A stretch of 59,837 nt of DNA, counting the filler. It is 2 parts of 2 records of this genome, joined end to end, with 100 filler letters (N's around TTAATTAATTAA, not from the genome) between each part and the next. Parts side by side here need not be neighbours in the genome. Positions count along the whole stretch, not along the records: positions 1 to 31,933 come from SRR20825019_328; 1 more part is not named here. One strand, 5' to 3'. Of the stretch, positions 1 to 12,500 are shown piece after piece. Below the pieces are notes generated by a model. The model did no database searches and was not told the origin of the DNA. It saw only the letters and a list, made by a program, of their open reading frames with translations. Each line of letters opens with the position of its first letter. The first letter of the stretch is position 1. Position numbers and translations under genes: made by a program.

Positions 1-199
1 CCCCCCCCCCCCCCCCCCGGGCCCCCGGCTCGCGGCGCGGCTCAGTGTGGGCCGTGGCCGCTGTCGTCCCGGTGCTGCAACAAATGACTGCCTGTCATCA
101 GCGGAACGTTGCAAAGAACCCTCATACCTCATAGGGGAGTCATAAACCATCTTGACAGAACAAATTCTATCGACATGCAGTCAAAATGGAAAACATGCA

Positions 200-858
200 T
201 CAATGCTGCTCGGTACTGTCGCCACCAACACCAAACTCTTCTGGGAAGCATGCAGCGTTTCCTGTCCTCCATCTTGCATTTAACTTCTCTTCTGAACAAT
301 CAAACTCATCCTTTCCTAGAGCCTTATTCACCGAGTTATGCATGTTGCACATCCACAGACTGAGTTCTCTTTGAGAGCCCACTTGGACGGGATGCTTCTT
401 TAAATATTCACGCAAGTGCGAAGAGCAGTCACCACAAGGGTATAAATGGGACAAAAGATTCATAAAGCTCTTTGTTCTCTCGGCGCGTAACTCGGATGGC
501 TTCTCAGGGTACCATGCCGCCATGGTGTGTAGAAGGACCCATGAAGCAGCTCCGAGTGACTCTCGGCCCGCAGGACACTCTATTACCAACGTGATGTCAG
601 AACTCAACTATCATCAAGTCATAACAGCAAGTGATAACTGCAAATCGAAAAAATTGAAACACCCTTACCTTGCTCGGAGTCAACTTGAGGGCCACCTGAT
701 GACGACTCAGAACCTGAAGATGATGTCTTCTCTTTTTTATCACTAGGAGGGGCCATTTTGCCCATCAGCATGGCACGAAACGCTTTTGAGTTATTTTCAT
801 TTCGCTTGCATACTTGGCAGTCTTCCTCTTCCTCAACTCTGTTGTTGTCTTGTGCCAT
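200..858 (-). CDS. ERV1: ERV1/ALR family FAD-linked sulfhydryl oxidase (2 exons: 858-669, 579-200)
   Basis: The 89-nt intron 580-668 (GTAAGG..TAG) joins MAQD..CQVC.. in frame to ECPAGRESLGAASWVLLHT..YPCGDC..WMCNMHNSVN..FDC..RW. This gives an N-terminal CxxC, the redox CxxC and the structural Cx16C. Confidence 0.93.
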
Positions 859-999
859 TTACGGTCAATAGAGATTTTAAACAAGAAGACATCTGAGCCA
901 AGTACCGTATTTATGATGGGTGTAAGCCCTCGTGACACACACAACTGAATGGAGCGTCATGAGTAACTTGCCAAACCAGAAAGACGGATTGTGCGGGTT

Positions 1000-1780
1000 T
1001 GGACGAATTCGCTTCGTCGGGCCGGGGAGCCCGTCCGGTCCGGTCATTCAGTCCGGTCGCCCGGCCTGAGCCGGAACCGGGGCGCCTCGACGCCGCGCGC
1101 TCAGGGGCGCCGCCGGGCCGGGCCCGGCCAACCAGTGGCCTGGGGGGGCCCGGCCCGGCCGGCCGCGCCGGGCCCAGTTCCGCCGCGCCGCCCGCGGGCC
1201 GCCGGGCCGCGGGCCCGCGGGCCGGGCGCCGTTCCAGTTCCGCAAGTTCCGGTTCCGACCCACACTCAACTTGACCGAGCTTAGTTGGACTGATAGTGAG
1301 TAATTCAATTAAATGTAAGTAGATCTATTGAACCATCGGTTCGCCCGATGTAATTCCCGCCCTGATGAGGATGACCCGGCGCCGGACTTTCACCCTCAGT
1401 GGCGGTCCGCGGGCCGCGGCGGCGGGCCGGTCGCCGTCCTCCCGGTCCAGCGTGGCAGTGCTGGGCACTGCCCGGCGGCGGCCGGGCCGGCCCGCCGCCG
1501 GTCCCGCCGCGCCGGCCCGTCCCGCCGCGGGCGAGGGCGTGCGGCCGGTCCGGTGCGCCCGCCCCCTGGCCGGCGCCGGCGCCGGGCGAAACAGATGGGG
1601 CGGGTCCAGGGATCCGGCCTCGTACCTGACTACTGGAGACTGGGCGGCGGCGGTGCCGGCCTCGGCGCCTTGTGATCACTGCCCGCGAGCACTGAGGCCG
1701 GGTGAGCCGAGTCGGGACCGGATGCACTCATCGCCGCCGGCCGGCCGCCGGCACTCATACTATCACTCCTCGACCGATTA
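1000..1780. promoter_or_regulatory. GC/CpG-rich island in the divergent ERV1/AKR promoter region, with a short AT-rich centre near 1285-1335
   Basis: Bases 1141-1200 contain only 4 A/T in 60, dense in GGCC/CCGG. Lies between two divergent start codons. Promoter role is inferred. Confidence 0.6.
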
Positions 1781-1874
1781 CCTACCGAACAGAGTCTGAC
1801 CATGCTTGGCAGAGCCCAGCTTTATAAAATTTGGTTTGGGCTCTTCTTGAAGTTACTAGTATTCAGTTTTCAAA

Positions 1875-3163
1875 ATGAAAAAGATGGACAAGCGAAAGTT
1901 TGGAAACACTGACCTTATGGTTACTCCAGTCTGCTTTGGGACATGGCAGTTTGCCCAAGATGCTACTTGGGGCACATACGAGGAAGAAGCCGCCATCAAG
2001 ACTGTGCATGCCGCTCTGGATTCTGGGATAAACTTCTTCGACACTGCTGAGGCTTATGGTGCTGACAATATAGCTGAAAGAATATTGGGGAAAGCGCTTG
2101 CAGTTCGTGATTGCCGTAAGGATGTTGTCATTGCAACGAAGTTTGGAAAGCACGTCGGTGAGGACCAAATAAAGTACTCTGCGGAAGATATCGAGGCTGC
2201 CCTCGAGAAGTCACTCACGGCTTTGCAAACCGACTATGTTGATTTGTATCAGGTGCACTGGTCTGGCAACATGAAAGACTCAAAGGAGACTGTGCAATGC
2301 TTGGTATGACTAGAGCTTTCACATGTGTCGAATTCTCACTTCGTCTTCAGGAGAAACTGGTGAAGAGTGGAAAGATCAAGTACTATGGAGTTTCCAACTT
2401 TGGTGTTGAACAGATGAAGGAGGTAAATGAAAAGAGAGTTTATTTGCTCGCCATTGCTCAACTTGTACCCCGCAGTTCTTGGCTGCTGGTGGCAAACCTT
2501 GTAGCCAACAACTACCATACAACCTGCTCTGGAGGGCTATTGAATATGACACCCTTCCCCAGTGCATTGAACACAACATTACCATTATGGCATACTCTCC
2601 TCTTATGCAGGTAAGTTCATTGTGTTGTCCTTGGACATGTGTTGTGTGGATCTGAATGGGATGTATCAGGGACTGCTCACTGGAAAGTTTTCTAAGGTGG
2701 AGGATGTTCCTGAAGGTCGTGCAAGATCTCGCCACTTCCATCATGTAAGCACTGGTGACTTGTTGTAGGAGTATATCTTAGTGTACTTTCGCAGTCACGC
2801 TCACCAATTTGCCGACATGGCGAGGAAGGTGCTGAGAGGGAAACGTTCGATGCCATCAAGGAGCTGAAGGCCATCGCTGCTGAATCTAGTGTTCCCATGG
2901 GTGCCATGTCACTGGCCTGGCTATTTCAACAACCCCTGGTGTCTTCTGGTATGGTGCGTGTTGAACCTGGCTTCATCCGCCTAAATCTTTTCGTAGTTAT
3001 TACTGGTGCTTCAAATGATGCCCAAATTCGTGAGAACGCCATGGCTGGCAACACTGTTCTGACTGACGATGTTGTGAAGAAATGCACCATTGCAACAGAC
3101 GTGCTGAAGGAAAAACTCGGCCCTAACCCCGATATGTGGGCCAAGAACAGCAGATATGCTTAG
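1875..3163 (+). CDS. Aldo-keto reductase (6 exons: 1875-2303, 2351-2422, 2476-2610, 2670-2744, 2795-2948, 2997-3163)
   Basis: Motifs FGTWQF, GINFFDTAEAYG, IATKFG, DYVDLYQVHW, GKIKYYGVSNF, QLPYNLL, AYSPLMQGLLTGK. Five 47-59 nt GT-AG introns restore frame. Confidence 0.95.
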
Positions 3164-3313
3164 GTGGCCCAGGACGACAAATTAAAAGTATTTCAATGAT
3201 AGGTGTAGTTTACAGTGGCCCTCGTGCCCTGTTCGAGGCAGTCCAAAATGCAATTCGAAAGGAAGGCGGACAGCAAGCATACTTCCTCTCTCCAAAGATG
3301 TCCAAAGGTTTTC

Positions 3314-3831
3314 CTAGAGACGATATCCAATTCTTGCTGCAGTGGAGGACCTGGGAGTCAAGGCGTCTGAAGAGAAGGATATGAAAAAACACTCTCAGGC
3401 AAAAAAAGACTACCTACTGGAATGATGTCCCGTTGGATCCTTCTTGGTTGAGGAGAAAGGTGAGGCCCCAGAAGACGACTTTTCTTCCTTCTAAAAGGAT
3501 AAACGAAAATTATGAGTTCAAAAGTAAACATATAGAAGAAATAACTAAAAGATATTCAGCATGTCGCGAGCGCCGTAAACCTAGACCCGACTACAATAAC
3601 GGGATAGCTGAATTACACTCGCATTTTGTATCGCCACGGAAATATCCAAGTACACCACATGAATGGATCTCATTGATGTACGCGTATAGGCGAAAGATAA
3701 AGAGATAGAAAAAAGAGCTTCAAACGAAGGCTAACTGTTACCTGTTTGGATGCGGCCAACTTGCGGGCCTCTTCGTATTCCTCTAAGTCTTCCTCCTTCA
3801 ACTCTAGTCGTGTTGGCTTACGACGAAGCAT
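3314..3831 (-). CDS. CDC26: Anaphase-promoting complex subunit CDC26/APC12, about 71 aa (exons 3831-3742, 3490-3418, 3366-3314)
   Basis: N-terminus [20 protein letters not shown] matches the CDC26 signature (human [20 protein letters not shown]). The spliced C-terminus ARIGYRL resembles human DRIGYKP. Confidence 0.9.
3559..3693 (-). ncRNA. Candidate intronic box H/ACA snoRNA (about 135 nt) in CDC26 intron 1
   Basis: Hairpin 1 (TCGCC/GGCGA base, GTACATCA/TGGTGTAC upper stem), H box ATACAA (3631-3626), hairpin 2 (GCGAGTG/CGCTCGC base, CCCG/CGGG upper stem), ACA (3564-3562). Lies in the only 251-nt intron, and both pockets are complementary to conserved rRNA segments. Confidence 0.75.
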
Positions 3832-3889
3832 ACTTGTTGCACATGGATTATGAAAGCAATTTTTTCTCCCTATTACAAGAATAGGTTGG

Positions 3890-4500
3890 AAAGCGCGCGG
3901 CCCGGGGCGTGACCAGCATGAACGGACCGGCGACCGGACGGCGCCGGTCACGGTAGGTGCTCTCGGACCGGGGAGCCGGGCACCGCGGCGGGCGGCTGCC
4001 AGGGTCCGCGCCAGCACATTCGAAATCGGGCGACGTCAAATGATGACTCCAAGATGATATGCGTAACTTCCAGACAAATCATAAAATCGATTGTGTAGGC
4101 ATTGAATACTATCAACGAATCCCGATCCCGCAGACGAGGGCAAGCAGGTCAGTCGGCCCACACGGTCCGGAGTCCAGTCATCAGCCAAGCGCATGAGTGG
4201 CACCGACTTGGCCCCGACCGCCCCACTGCCGGTCACTTCCGCCGGGATGGGGGCGCTGCGTGGTGCCGTGGCCGGCCGGCAGCCGTGTCAAGCAACCATC
4301 CACCATCTCCGGAAAACTGGGCTCTGTGCATCCGGTCAACTCGCAAGCTGACATGGTTTGTGATGTTTGCTTAGGGACTTGACCTTGACAACAGTGAGCC
4401 AGGATGCCGACCGCACGCGCTGGCTGGAGGGGTGTGGGCTTGGGGGGCTGGTGGACGGAGGGTTGCCCGAGTTTGCCGGCCCCAAAACCGCTCAACGACA
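3890..4500. promoter_or_regulatory. GC-rich island(s) in the divergent CDC26 / phosphatase promoter region
   Basis: GC-rich blocks at about 3890-4035 and 4130-4500, separated by an AT-richer spacer, between divergent starts. Confidence 0.55.
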
Positions 4501-4626
4501 CCACAGGAGCAAGCAGTGTCATTGTTATTCTTGAGAGATGTCAACGAGACAAGTCCAATGCCTCTAAGCAAGGACTGCAATAAGTTTAAGTGTGGTGTTA
4601 GGATAGTTTGATTGTAGCGAGTTAGC

Positions 4627-7003
4627 ATGAGGGTTGCCGCCTGGACTGGCTTCTGCGTGTGTATAGCCATCGCATGGACGGGCGCCACGGCCATGTTTGA
4701 GGCTCAGCCCATCGCGCGTAGGGTACAATGGAGCCCTTGCGAAATGAAGGGCTGCCTTTGGGGCGGTACGGGAATAAGCTGTGGCAGAAAAATTCCTTCC
4801 CATCACAAGAAAATGTTTCAGGATAATCTTGAAAATTACTTCAACCTTGCCGAGCTAAGTGCGGGTGATAATTTTCACAAGTCGTGCTTATGCACGATGC
4901 CCCGTATGTTCGGGTTGGGTGGAACGAGTGGCGCTAAATATAACGTAGAGACAGTGGCCCCAGTGTACTCGTTCGATAATATGCCGGCGCCCAGTGTTTA
5001 CTGTTTGGCAGCTACTAAGTTGGGTGATGCTCCCAAAGTGTGTCGTGATCCCTTTATTGAAGATGGCAAGGACAAGAAGTTCTGTCAATGCTTTGAAGTT
5101 GACCATGACAACGAGACAGACCGGCCATTTACTCGGTTACAAACTGAAATGGTCAACGACTACCTAGATCTGGGGTGTACTCACTTTGTTGGACACCAAG
5201 TTGCTGCTGAACCGAAGCATGAGATTGATGAAGTGTTAGATGTTACGGGGAAGGATGTAAGGGTTGCCATTTTGGGTGACCTCCACGGAGACTATGAGCG
5301 GACTGTGATGGCTCTGCAAATGGGAGGACTTCTTGACAAAGATGAACAGTGGAATGAAAACGAAAAGGAAACTATTCTCATTCAAACTGGGGATATCTTT
5401 GATAGAGGTGTGGATGACATGAAGTTGTTTTTGTTTTTCAATCACCTTCAGGCTGGCGGTGCGAAGATTGTAAGATTGAATGGCAACCATGAATACAATC
5501 TTCTTTCAGGAAACTGGAACTACAAAAATTTGTGGAGATGCAAGAACACGCCACCAGATTCGAGGAAACGTGCGAATTGCATCGGTGCAATTTCTCTTTC
5601 TAGCTGTAATGGAATGGCATTCAAGCAACTGATCAAGCAACCGTTTGTGAAACTTGTGAGATATGGCAAGGACAATGATTTTAAGTACATTGTTGTGGCC
5701 CATGGAGGAATTCCTCCTAAGCTGGCAGATTTTACGTTCTTTGCTGGTGTCTCGTCGATGAGATCAAAGCAGGATCGACCTGCAGTCATGGCAACTTTGA
5801 TGAATAAGTACTTCCGGGATTTATTGTTGGAGCAATGTGAAATCAATGCAGAGTACATTCGTGACTTCAACCCAAGGGTTAGCACTGATCAATTCGACAT
5901 TTCCGTGCTAAAAGGGAGGGGTAGAGTTGACATCCTTCCATCAGGGGAAAATCGGCACAAAGTGACTGACGTAAGCGAAAGTCCATTCACTTTCCGTGGT
6001 TATTTTGCGAATCAAGCAATACCTACTGAGGTGATAGATGAGGATAGACCTGGGTGCAATGAAGTCTTGAAAGCATGGACCGCATTGGGTATGATTGGTA
6101 ATACTGTGGATGAATCGATAACTTACAATGTGACTGTAGGGCTGGACGATAGTGACCTAATGGTAGTTGGACACACGGTCCTTGAGTATGGACGAGGGCA
6201 AACGTTGAGCTGCAGAGGCCGACTCCTCAGTGTGGACACTGGGTTGTCTAGGTGGATGGCCCTCCCAGCTGAGTTGGGAGGTGACAGGCTTATGCAGTAT
6301 CACAATCGCCCAGCCATTGCGTTTGTTCACCCTAGCGGTGAAATCGAGAAGAGAGTGGCATATTTTTTCAACGGGTTGGAGGAAGCTTTGGAATCATCCG
6401 TGCGAGCGAACAAGTATCAGACAATCGCGAGCAAGTTTTACTATCCAACGAATACATATGAGCCTTCCGCGGACACCGAGATTTGCTTCTATCTATCCAG
6501 TAAGTTTCTTTCTTGATTGGACTTTATTCGTACTGACTTTAAGATCAGACCGTGACGGCGGTGAGGAAGCTAATCCGCATTATTGGGCTTTCCAGGAATG
6601 TAAGGAGGCCCTCGATTCCGAAATGATGGTGGTTGGTACTGTTGAAGGAAAGGAGGCGTGGCTTAGTGAGCCCCTGTCAAAGGCATTGGAGAGTGATGAT
6701 GAACTTAGAAGGTCCGATGAACGCAAGGACAGGCTGGTATCCGATATTTTGGCAAGCATGGAGGATAAAGAAAGAAAGGGTACAGAAAAAGTGGATACTG
6801 ATAAGGACAGGATGGAGTTGATATCGGATGTTTTGAGCGACATTGACCAAGAGAATGCCAAGAAAGACAAGCTGGTAAGGGAACTTTTTGGTGACGACGA
6901 AGAAGGAAGCGACAAACGGGGAGTCGATGAAGGAGGAGTCGACGATGGAGAAGACGATAGAGGAAATGGTGCAAAGGAAGAAACAATGCTATCCGGCCAT
7001 TGA
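4627..7003 (+). CDS. Secreted Shewanella-like (Shelph/SLP) PPP metallophosphatase with Cys-rich N-terminal region and acidic C-terminal tail (exons 4627-6499, 6549-7003)
   Basis: Hydrophobic N-terminus (MRVAAWTGFCVCIAIAWTGATA). Motifs GDLHG, GDIFDRG, GNHE, HGG, GHT and the Shelph-type VDTG. A 49-nt intron (6500-6548, branch TACTGAC) joins the acidic ORF in frame. Confidence 0.85.
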
Positions 7004-7379
7004 TTCAAGATGGCGTTCCACGGAGAGATGCGAACTTTCTTATCACGACTGCTAGAATTGAAGATTATGGTCGCTTCGGGAGTATGGATGCCTTGGGAGA
7101 AGGTCAATGGTGCACCTTCTAGTCTTTCACGACAGTGTGGCTATTGAGAGCTTGGATGGTCGTGGGTAGCTTAGATGATCCTAGGCTGCTTTGGCCCGGC
7201 TGCCGGTAATCATCGTGAATGGCGACGAGCCCTGCGAACTTACTTAAAGCGGAATCTGCATTTCCATGAACTTTGAAACCAATCACTGGCTTGACCTTGA
7301 CTAATTATGATAATTATTTTTAGAAACTATTGCTAGAGTAGTTAGCCGTTCACTGCTACTAGCTAGTCACTGATGAGAG

Positions 7380-7650
7380 TTCACGCCCGGCCCTACGGCC
7401 CTTCGGCGACCGGACGACACTTGATGGATCACCGTGCGCCGGGAGACCGCCGGCACGTGTCGACCGGCCCACCCCCCGTGGCACGTGCCCGCCGCGCGCG
7501 GGGCGGGGCCAGCGCGCGGCGGGGCCCGCGGCGCACCTCGGTGGCCTGAGTGACCCCGGCGCCATTGACCTGCCCGGGGCCGGGACCCCCCCGGTTGGGC
7601 CGGCGCGGCGTACGGCTGGACCGGCGTCATCCGTCGGGTCGCACCAGGGT
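7380..7650. promoter_or_regulatory. GC-rich island upstream of the 7718 gene
   Basis: GC-rich block ending about 70 nt before ATG 7718. Confidence 0.55.
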
Positions 7651-7717
7651 CGTTTGGTGTACTCTAGTGTATATATGCGAGTCAAGACTCTTTTCAAACT
7701 ATTTTAACAGACTTAAA

Positions 7718-9550
7718 ATGGACGAGGAGGCGCTGAAAATCCTTAAAGAGGCAGGAATTCGTCAAGAAGACTTGGTTGATTTCACAATATTTAACTCGGA
7801 GCATGATGAGAATATCATCACACTTAGTGAGAAGAAGGTATATGCAAGACAAGAGACGAGCCCTAACGATTGACACGTTTTGCTGAAGGTAGAGAGTCTC
7901 ATCAATGAACTAATCGCCAAGGATGACAAGGTTGTGGATGACTTCATCAACAATAACGACTACCTAGGCTATGAGGAAAACTTGAAGTATGGGCAATTTA
8001 TCAACAAGACCGACAAAAGGCCAACTTACAAGGTTGAAACGAAGGTTCACCAACCGAGAAAGGTGTCTATTGTAAACAACCCCTTCGCACCGGAAGCTGA
8101 AGGTTTGCTGTACAGGTTGAGCGCAAAATATGGGAAATACCTCCTTCCCACCTTAGCGAAAATCGGAAAAATCTTCGAGAGTACAAGGAGTGGGTTGATT
8201 ATTGGTAGGGTTCTGGGGGTCCTGAAACTTATGTGTGGAATACAGAAAGTCTCATGTCGGTCATGACAAGGAATGGTCTGAAGCTCTCGGTAGGTGTTCA
8301 GGTTTCACGATAACGAAGAACAAAAATAACCCTTGGATAGCGAAACGGATGCAAGAGGAGGCTGAGAATGGCATTCCAAAGCTTCAGCAAATCTTCGAAA
8401 AGGCGTTTTCCGATATGAAATATGACGCGCACGAAATAATTGACGAAATCATTAATATCACTGATGAGAATCCGGACGGGTACAGCATTCAAATGTTCCA
8501 GGAGGTAAGCAGAACTGTAGTCAAGTGGTGCGACACCAACCATTGCAATTGCCAGAATGCGCAATCTTGGGCCGATATCGGAGAGGCGATCAAGCATCGG
8601 GAGGATCTTAAAAGAGAGTTAAAACAACTCCGCCATGAACTAAAGCATGTTAAGGAGCTCTTGCAGATGAAAATTGAGTATGAACGACTCTGGGCTCCAC
8701 GAATATCGAAGAAGAAAGGGTATGTAAGATTGGTTCAAGATGCTGTAATTCTGATGTGGGTGTAGTGTCATGATGTTGAAAGATGCCGATGACAAGGTTC
8801 CATTAAATGACGCCATGAAGTTTGCTGACGCAATGCTGGGTGATGACTGGGACAACCTCCGAGGTAACAGGAAATTTACTTTCGCATGTCCATGCTTACT
8901 CTGTATGAATAGGGGCCCCTATTGTAGATATGGAAGCGGAAAGGCGCAGAATAATGGAATTGAAAGAGGAAGAGGCACTGCAGAAACAAGCTCAGCTCAA
9001 TAAGAGCAAAATAGGAATGCCGAGGAGACATGGACGGCTAGCATTACAATCAAGCCACCAAGAAGAGCCAGCTGAAGAAGAAACGTGAGCTGGCTGATAC
9101 TGATATTAACACCATCATCTGACGATGTCTTTACTAGAGTTTCAGTGATATCCATTCCTGAAATGCAATTAGAAGTTGACGATATGGAAAAGCGAGAAGC
9201 AGCTCTCGTGCAAGAGTTGTCAACTCAAACCAAAGTTGTGAAGAAGCTAATCGACGTACATCCACGGAAAGAGATCATTTGCTATGAAGGTAGAAAACAT
9301 GCGATGAATTTATTGTTCTCTTCTGAGGGGTAACGCAGGCAAGCCTTACCACAAGGTAATTGAGAGAGAATGGGCAATATCCACTCAAGTTCCGCTGCCC
9401 AATATTGATCCTTCGACGGTTCCACCCGTGAAATTGGTATTCAAAGATGCAGATACTTATCCCGAAGCACCGCCAGCGATCCCAGAAGGCAGCACTGACA
9501 CTCAGAACGCGACAGAAATTGAGAATGTCGATGTCGAGCAATCAGCTTAA
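7718..9550 (+). CDS. Multi-exon hypothetical protein with charged/coiled-coil segments
   Basis: A chain of ORF pieces (MDEEALKILKEAG.., VESLINELIAK.., AKRMQEEAENG.., ..ENVDVEQSA*) linked by roughly 50-nt GT-AG introns, e.g. 7838-7888 and 8290-8340. Some junctions are uncertain and no family is recognised. Confidence 0.65.
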
Positions 9551-9573
9551 GCATCTACTCGAGCTGTATCTCT

Positions 9574-12500
9574 CTATTTTGCAGACCAAATCCTTTCCAT
9601 CTCCGCATCATCGGACAAGCGGCCAGCCTCATCTTCATCACAGCAATGCATGATATCAGGTCCGCATAGAATCGCGATGCGTGCCTCATGGTCTCCAGGT
9701 GTCTGGCCACGCTGTTGCAACTTTCGAATTAACACTTTTGACCTTAATATCCCACTTGCATTTGCATCTTGACTCGTTGAAACACGGTACACGACAGATG
9801 CCATACCTGCACAAACTATACCTTTGCTCATATATCTACCAACATCACATCGTCGTTTCTCAAATTCATTCCTTCCTTGTCTCATGAACTGGGATACCTC
9901 ATACATATGTGCCAGTGCTTTGGGAGATAATGAGACTGCGTCCGCGTACTTTTCACACCGGACTGACAAATCCCCAGGTCCAAGCATGATCATTTCCTTG
10001 CAATACTTGCATGTATCAGATGATGTCCTCACCATTGGACTGAGTATTCTCACGGCATCCGAAGTCTTGCAACTATCAGGCAAAAGGCCATCTTTTGGTA
10101 TATGATTACTGCTGATAGGACATATGGGATTCACACCTTTAAGTCCAACAAGACCCCTTGGAGGTGCCTGTACTCTCTCAAACGCCGAGCGTGTCATACT
10201 CTGAGATCCCCATAAATTCAACAGCGTATCGCCAATAACTCGTTCGTTTCCGTTACAATATACCCGTGGCCCAACCAATGCCGCTTTTTCTCTTGCGCTA
10301 GGCACCATAGAACTTAATTGCTCATATATTCCATCTCGAATTCTGTTGCATCGCAGCACAGTAGGTCTCATGTCACCATACGCAGCAGCAGGATACGTAG
10401 CGAACTCTTGAGAACAAAGTGCACCACGATCAAGCTCAAGACGTGACTTCGTTAATGAGAGAAGAATCTGCTGCTGAAAATACGAATATACGTGAACGCA
10501 TGCCCACTTATTGGCGATTTTTTGGACACCTCCACGCAACCTTTCAGAAACACGATGACCTTCCTCGCTACTGTCATGAATGTAACTATTGCTGACATAA
10601 GGACTTGATAGAGTGGAAAAATAACCCAGGCCATCATCTGCTGCTTTAGCAGTCTCCTGACATGTGAACTGCTGATCAACAAGGTCGACGAGGAATACTC
10701 GCACGACCATTGCCCCTGTCGTAACTTTCTTGAGGCGGATTCCCGGGAACTCTAGTCGGCTAGATGTCATCGAGTTGTCCGTATCTTCAATCGCAAGGTC
10801 TGCATATTCTGCCATTTTTGAGCGCGGGAGTTCCATGTGAACTATACCTCCTTCGAAAAGGGAAGACATAAACAAAGACGTTCGGCTGATCATTTCACCC
10901 ATGTCATCATAAATCACAGCAAAGGCTGCGTGCCTTGCCAAGAAACGCTTCGTCCCAAAAACTTTGAATGATATATCTACCCTTGCCCCTTGTTCTGTCG
11001 CAGTAACCACAAAGTTTGGTGTTCCTGATGGCAAGAGTAAGGTGTTTGTAGTCTCTTTGGGCGTTGGTTCCCATGCCGAGTCAGAGAATATGCCGCTTGT
11101 GAGCGTGGTCTCCTTTGGCCCAAACAACACCGGGAAGAAATCGTTATTGCAAGGATGCCAGCCACCAACATGACGGCGAATCTGCGGTCCATAGTTGGAT
11201 GTGCTGATACTCCTGTCTACATTCATGAAGTTGAAGTATTCGTGATATACAAGGAACATTGGCAACCCCCTTGTGCCCTTTCGCTTCGCCAGTAGACGCC
11301 CCATCAAGTTTGCCAATTGGTTCACCGTCTCGCCATCAAACAACTCGCGAGATAGTGACTGCCCCACAACTCTTGAAAATGTATCAGATGGCAGTGCAGA
11401 ATGAGCAGATGAGAACAGGTTTAGGACTACCACGAGGTTGCATTCTCCAGTGAACATCTCTTCTCCTTCTCTAAGCATCTTATTTAAGTCACAGTTTTCC
11501 GGATTTGGCTCCCTCTTTGTCTCACGAAACATGTCCCTCCCAAGATTGTACATCCAATAGTAGTCACCAGTAACGAGCTGTCCGATGATTACACCAACTG
11601 ACCATGCATCCCACGCAATGACAGAGCTCCCCTTCTTGCGTCTCTTCGTAGTTTTCTGACTCGGAGTACCAGAGAACTTGTCCATGATAAGGGAATAGAA
11701 GTCATCTATTGCAATATCCCCAGAGTCAATCATTTTTGAGATACTGCCGCTTGGAAGCATTGCTGCTGCTGCCTCTGGGGGAGATATTTCAATGCTAGTC
11801 ATCATATTCATATGTATTGGTGCATCAGCACAACGGTCCCAGTCTCCAAGCTTCACGACTAAATCTCCTACCTCAGGATCGCTGGCCTCAGCCCCATCCT
11901 TGACGGATACAAATACGTTGTCCAACTTCAGGTCCAGGTGATATAACTTCGCTCTATTCAGACGGCCCACTGATCCCACTAACTCATGCAAAACTTGCTT
12001 CAGTAATTCGGGCTTGTTGCGAATCCCTTTCCCCTCCGTGTAACCTTTTGAATCCGTGGGAAGCAAAAAGTCGTGCAGCGTCTGAGGAATGAACTCGAAC
12101 ACCATTGTTACTACACTCTGGACCATACTGTCATCATCCCACATAAGAAGCTCTGGGTACCATCCAAGCATTTTCACGGAATGTTTTCCAAGGACCTTAT
12201 TGGCCTTAACATTGCATGTGACCTCGTTCTGCGACCGCAAGACCATGTCCTCGTAGCTCATCAAGACCTTTTGTCGCTTCAAGATATATATCTTCCCATC
12301 TACTCCGACCATCTTCTCGACCATGGCTGCTTTTCCATTGCTGAGCAGCACATATTTTCTTTCCAAAGTCTCCTGAAGTGTTCGTATCGTGCTAGAGCTC
12401 TCTGCAATGAACTTGGAAAGAAGTTTTAAAGCTTCTGACCACATCAGCACTGGATCACCAAAATCATGAGACTTGACTATATCATCGCCCAAAAGATCGC

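Noticed and set aside
1-18. Terminal poly-C as a telomere
   Set aside because: A homopolymer at the edge of a GC island, with no repeating telomeric unit.
580-668. snoRNA in the 89-nt ERV1 intron
   Set aside because: TGATGA and CTGA are only about 10 nt apart, too close for a C/D RNA.
991-1799. Arg/Pro/Gly/Ala-rich ORFs in the GC islands (also 7359-7697, 22277-23108, 25470-26573)
   Set aside because: They overlap in several frames on both strands because stops are rare at extreme GC. No motifs or codon structure.
8190-8250. Apparent in-frame TGA at a splice junction, suggesting a variant genetic code
   Set aside because: An alternative GTGGGT donor at 8190 removes it, and TGA serves as a normal stop in ERV1 and the phosphatase.
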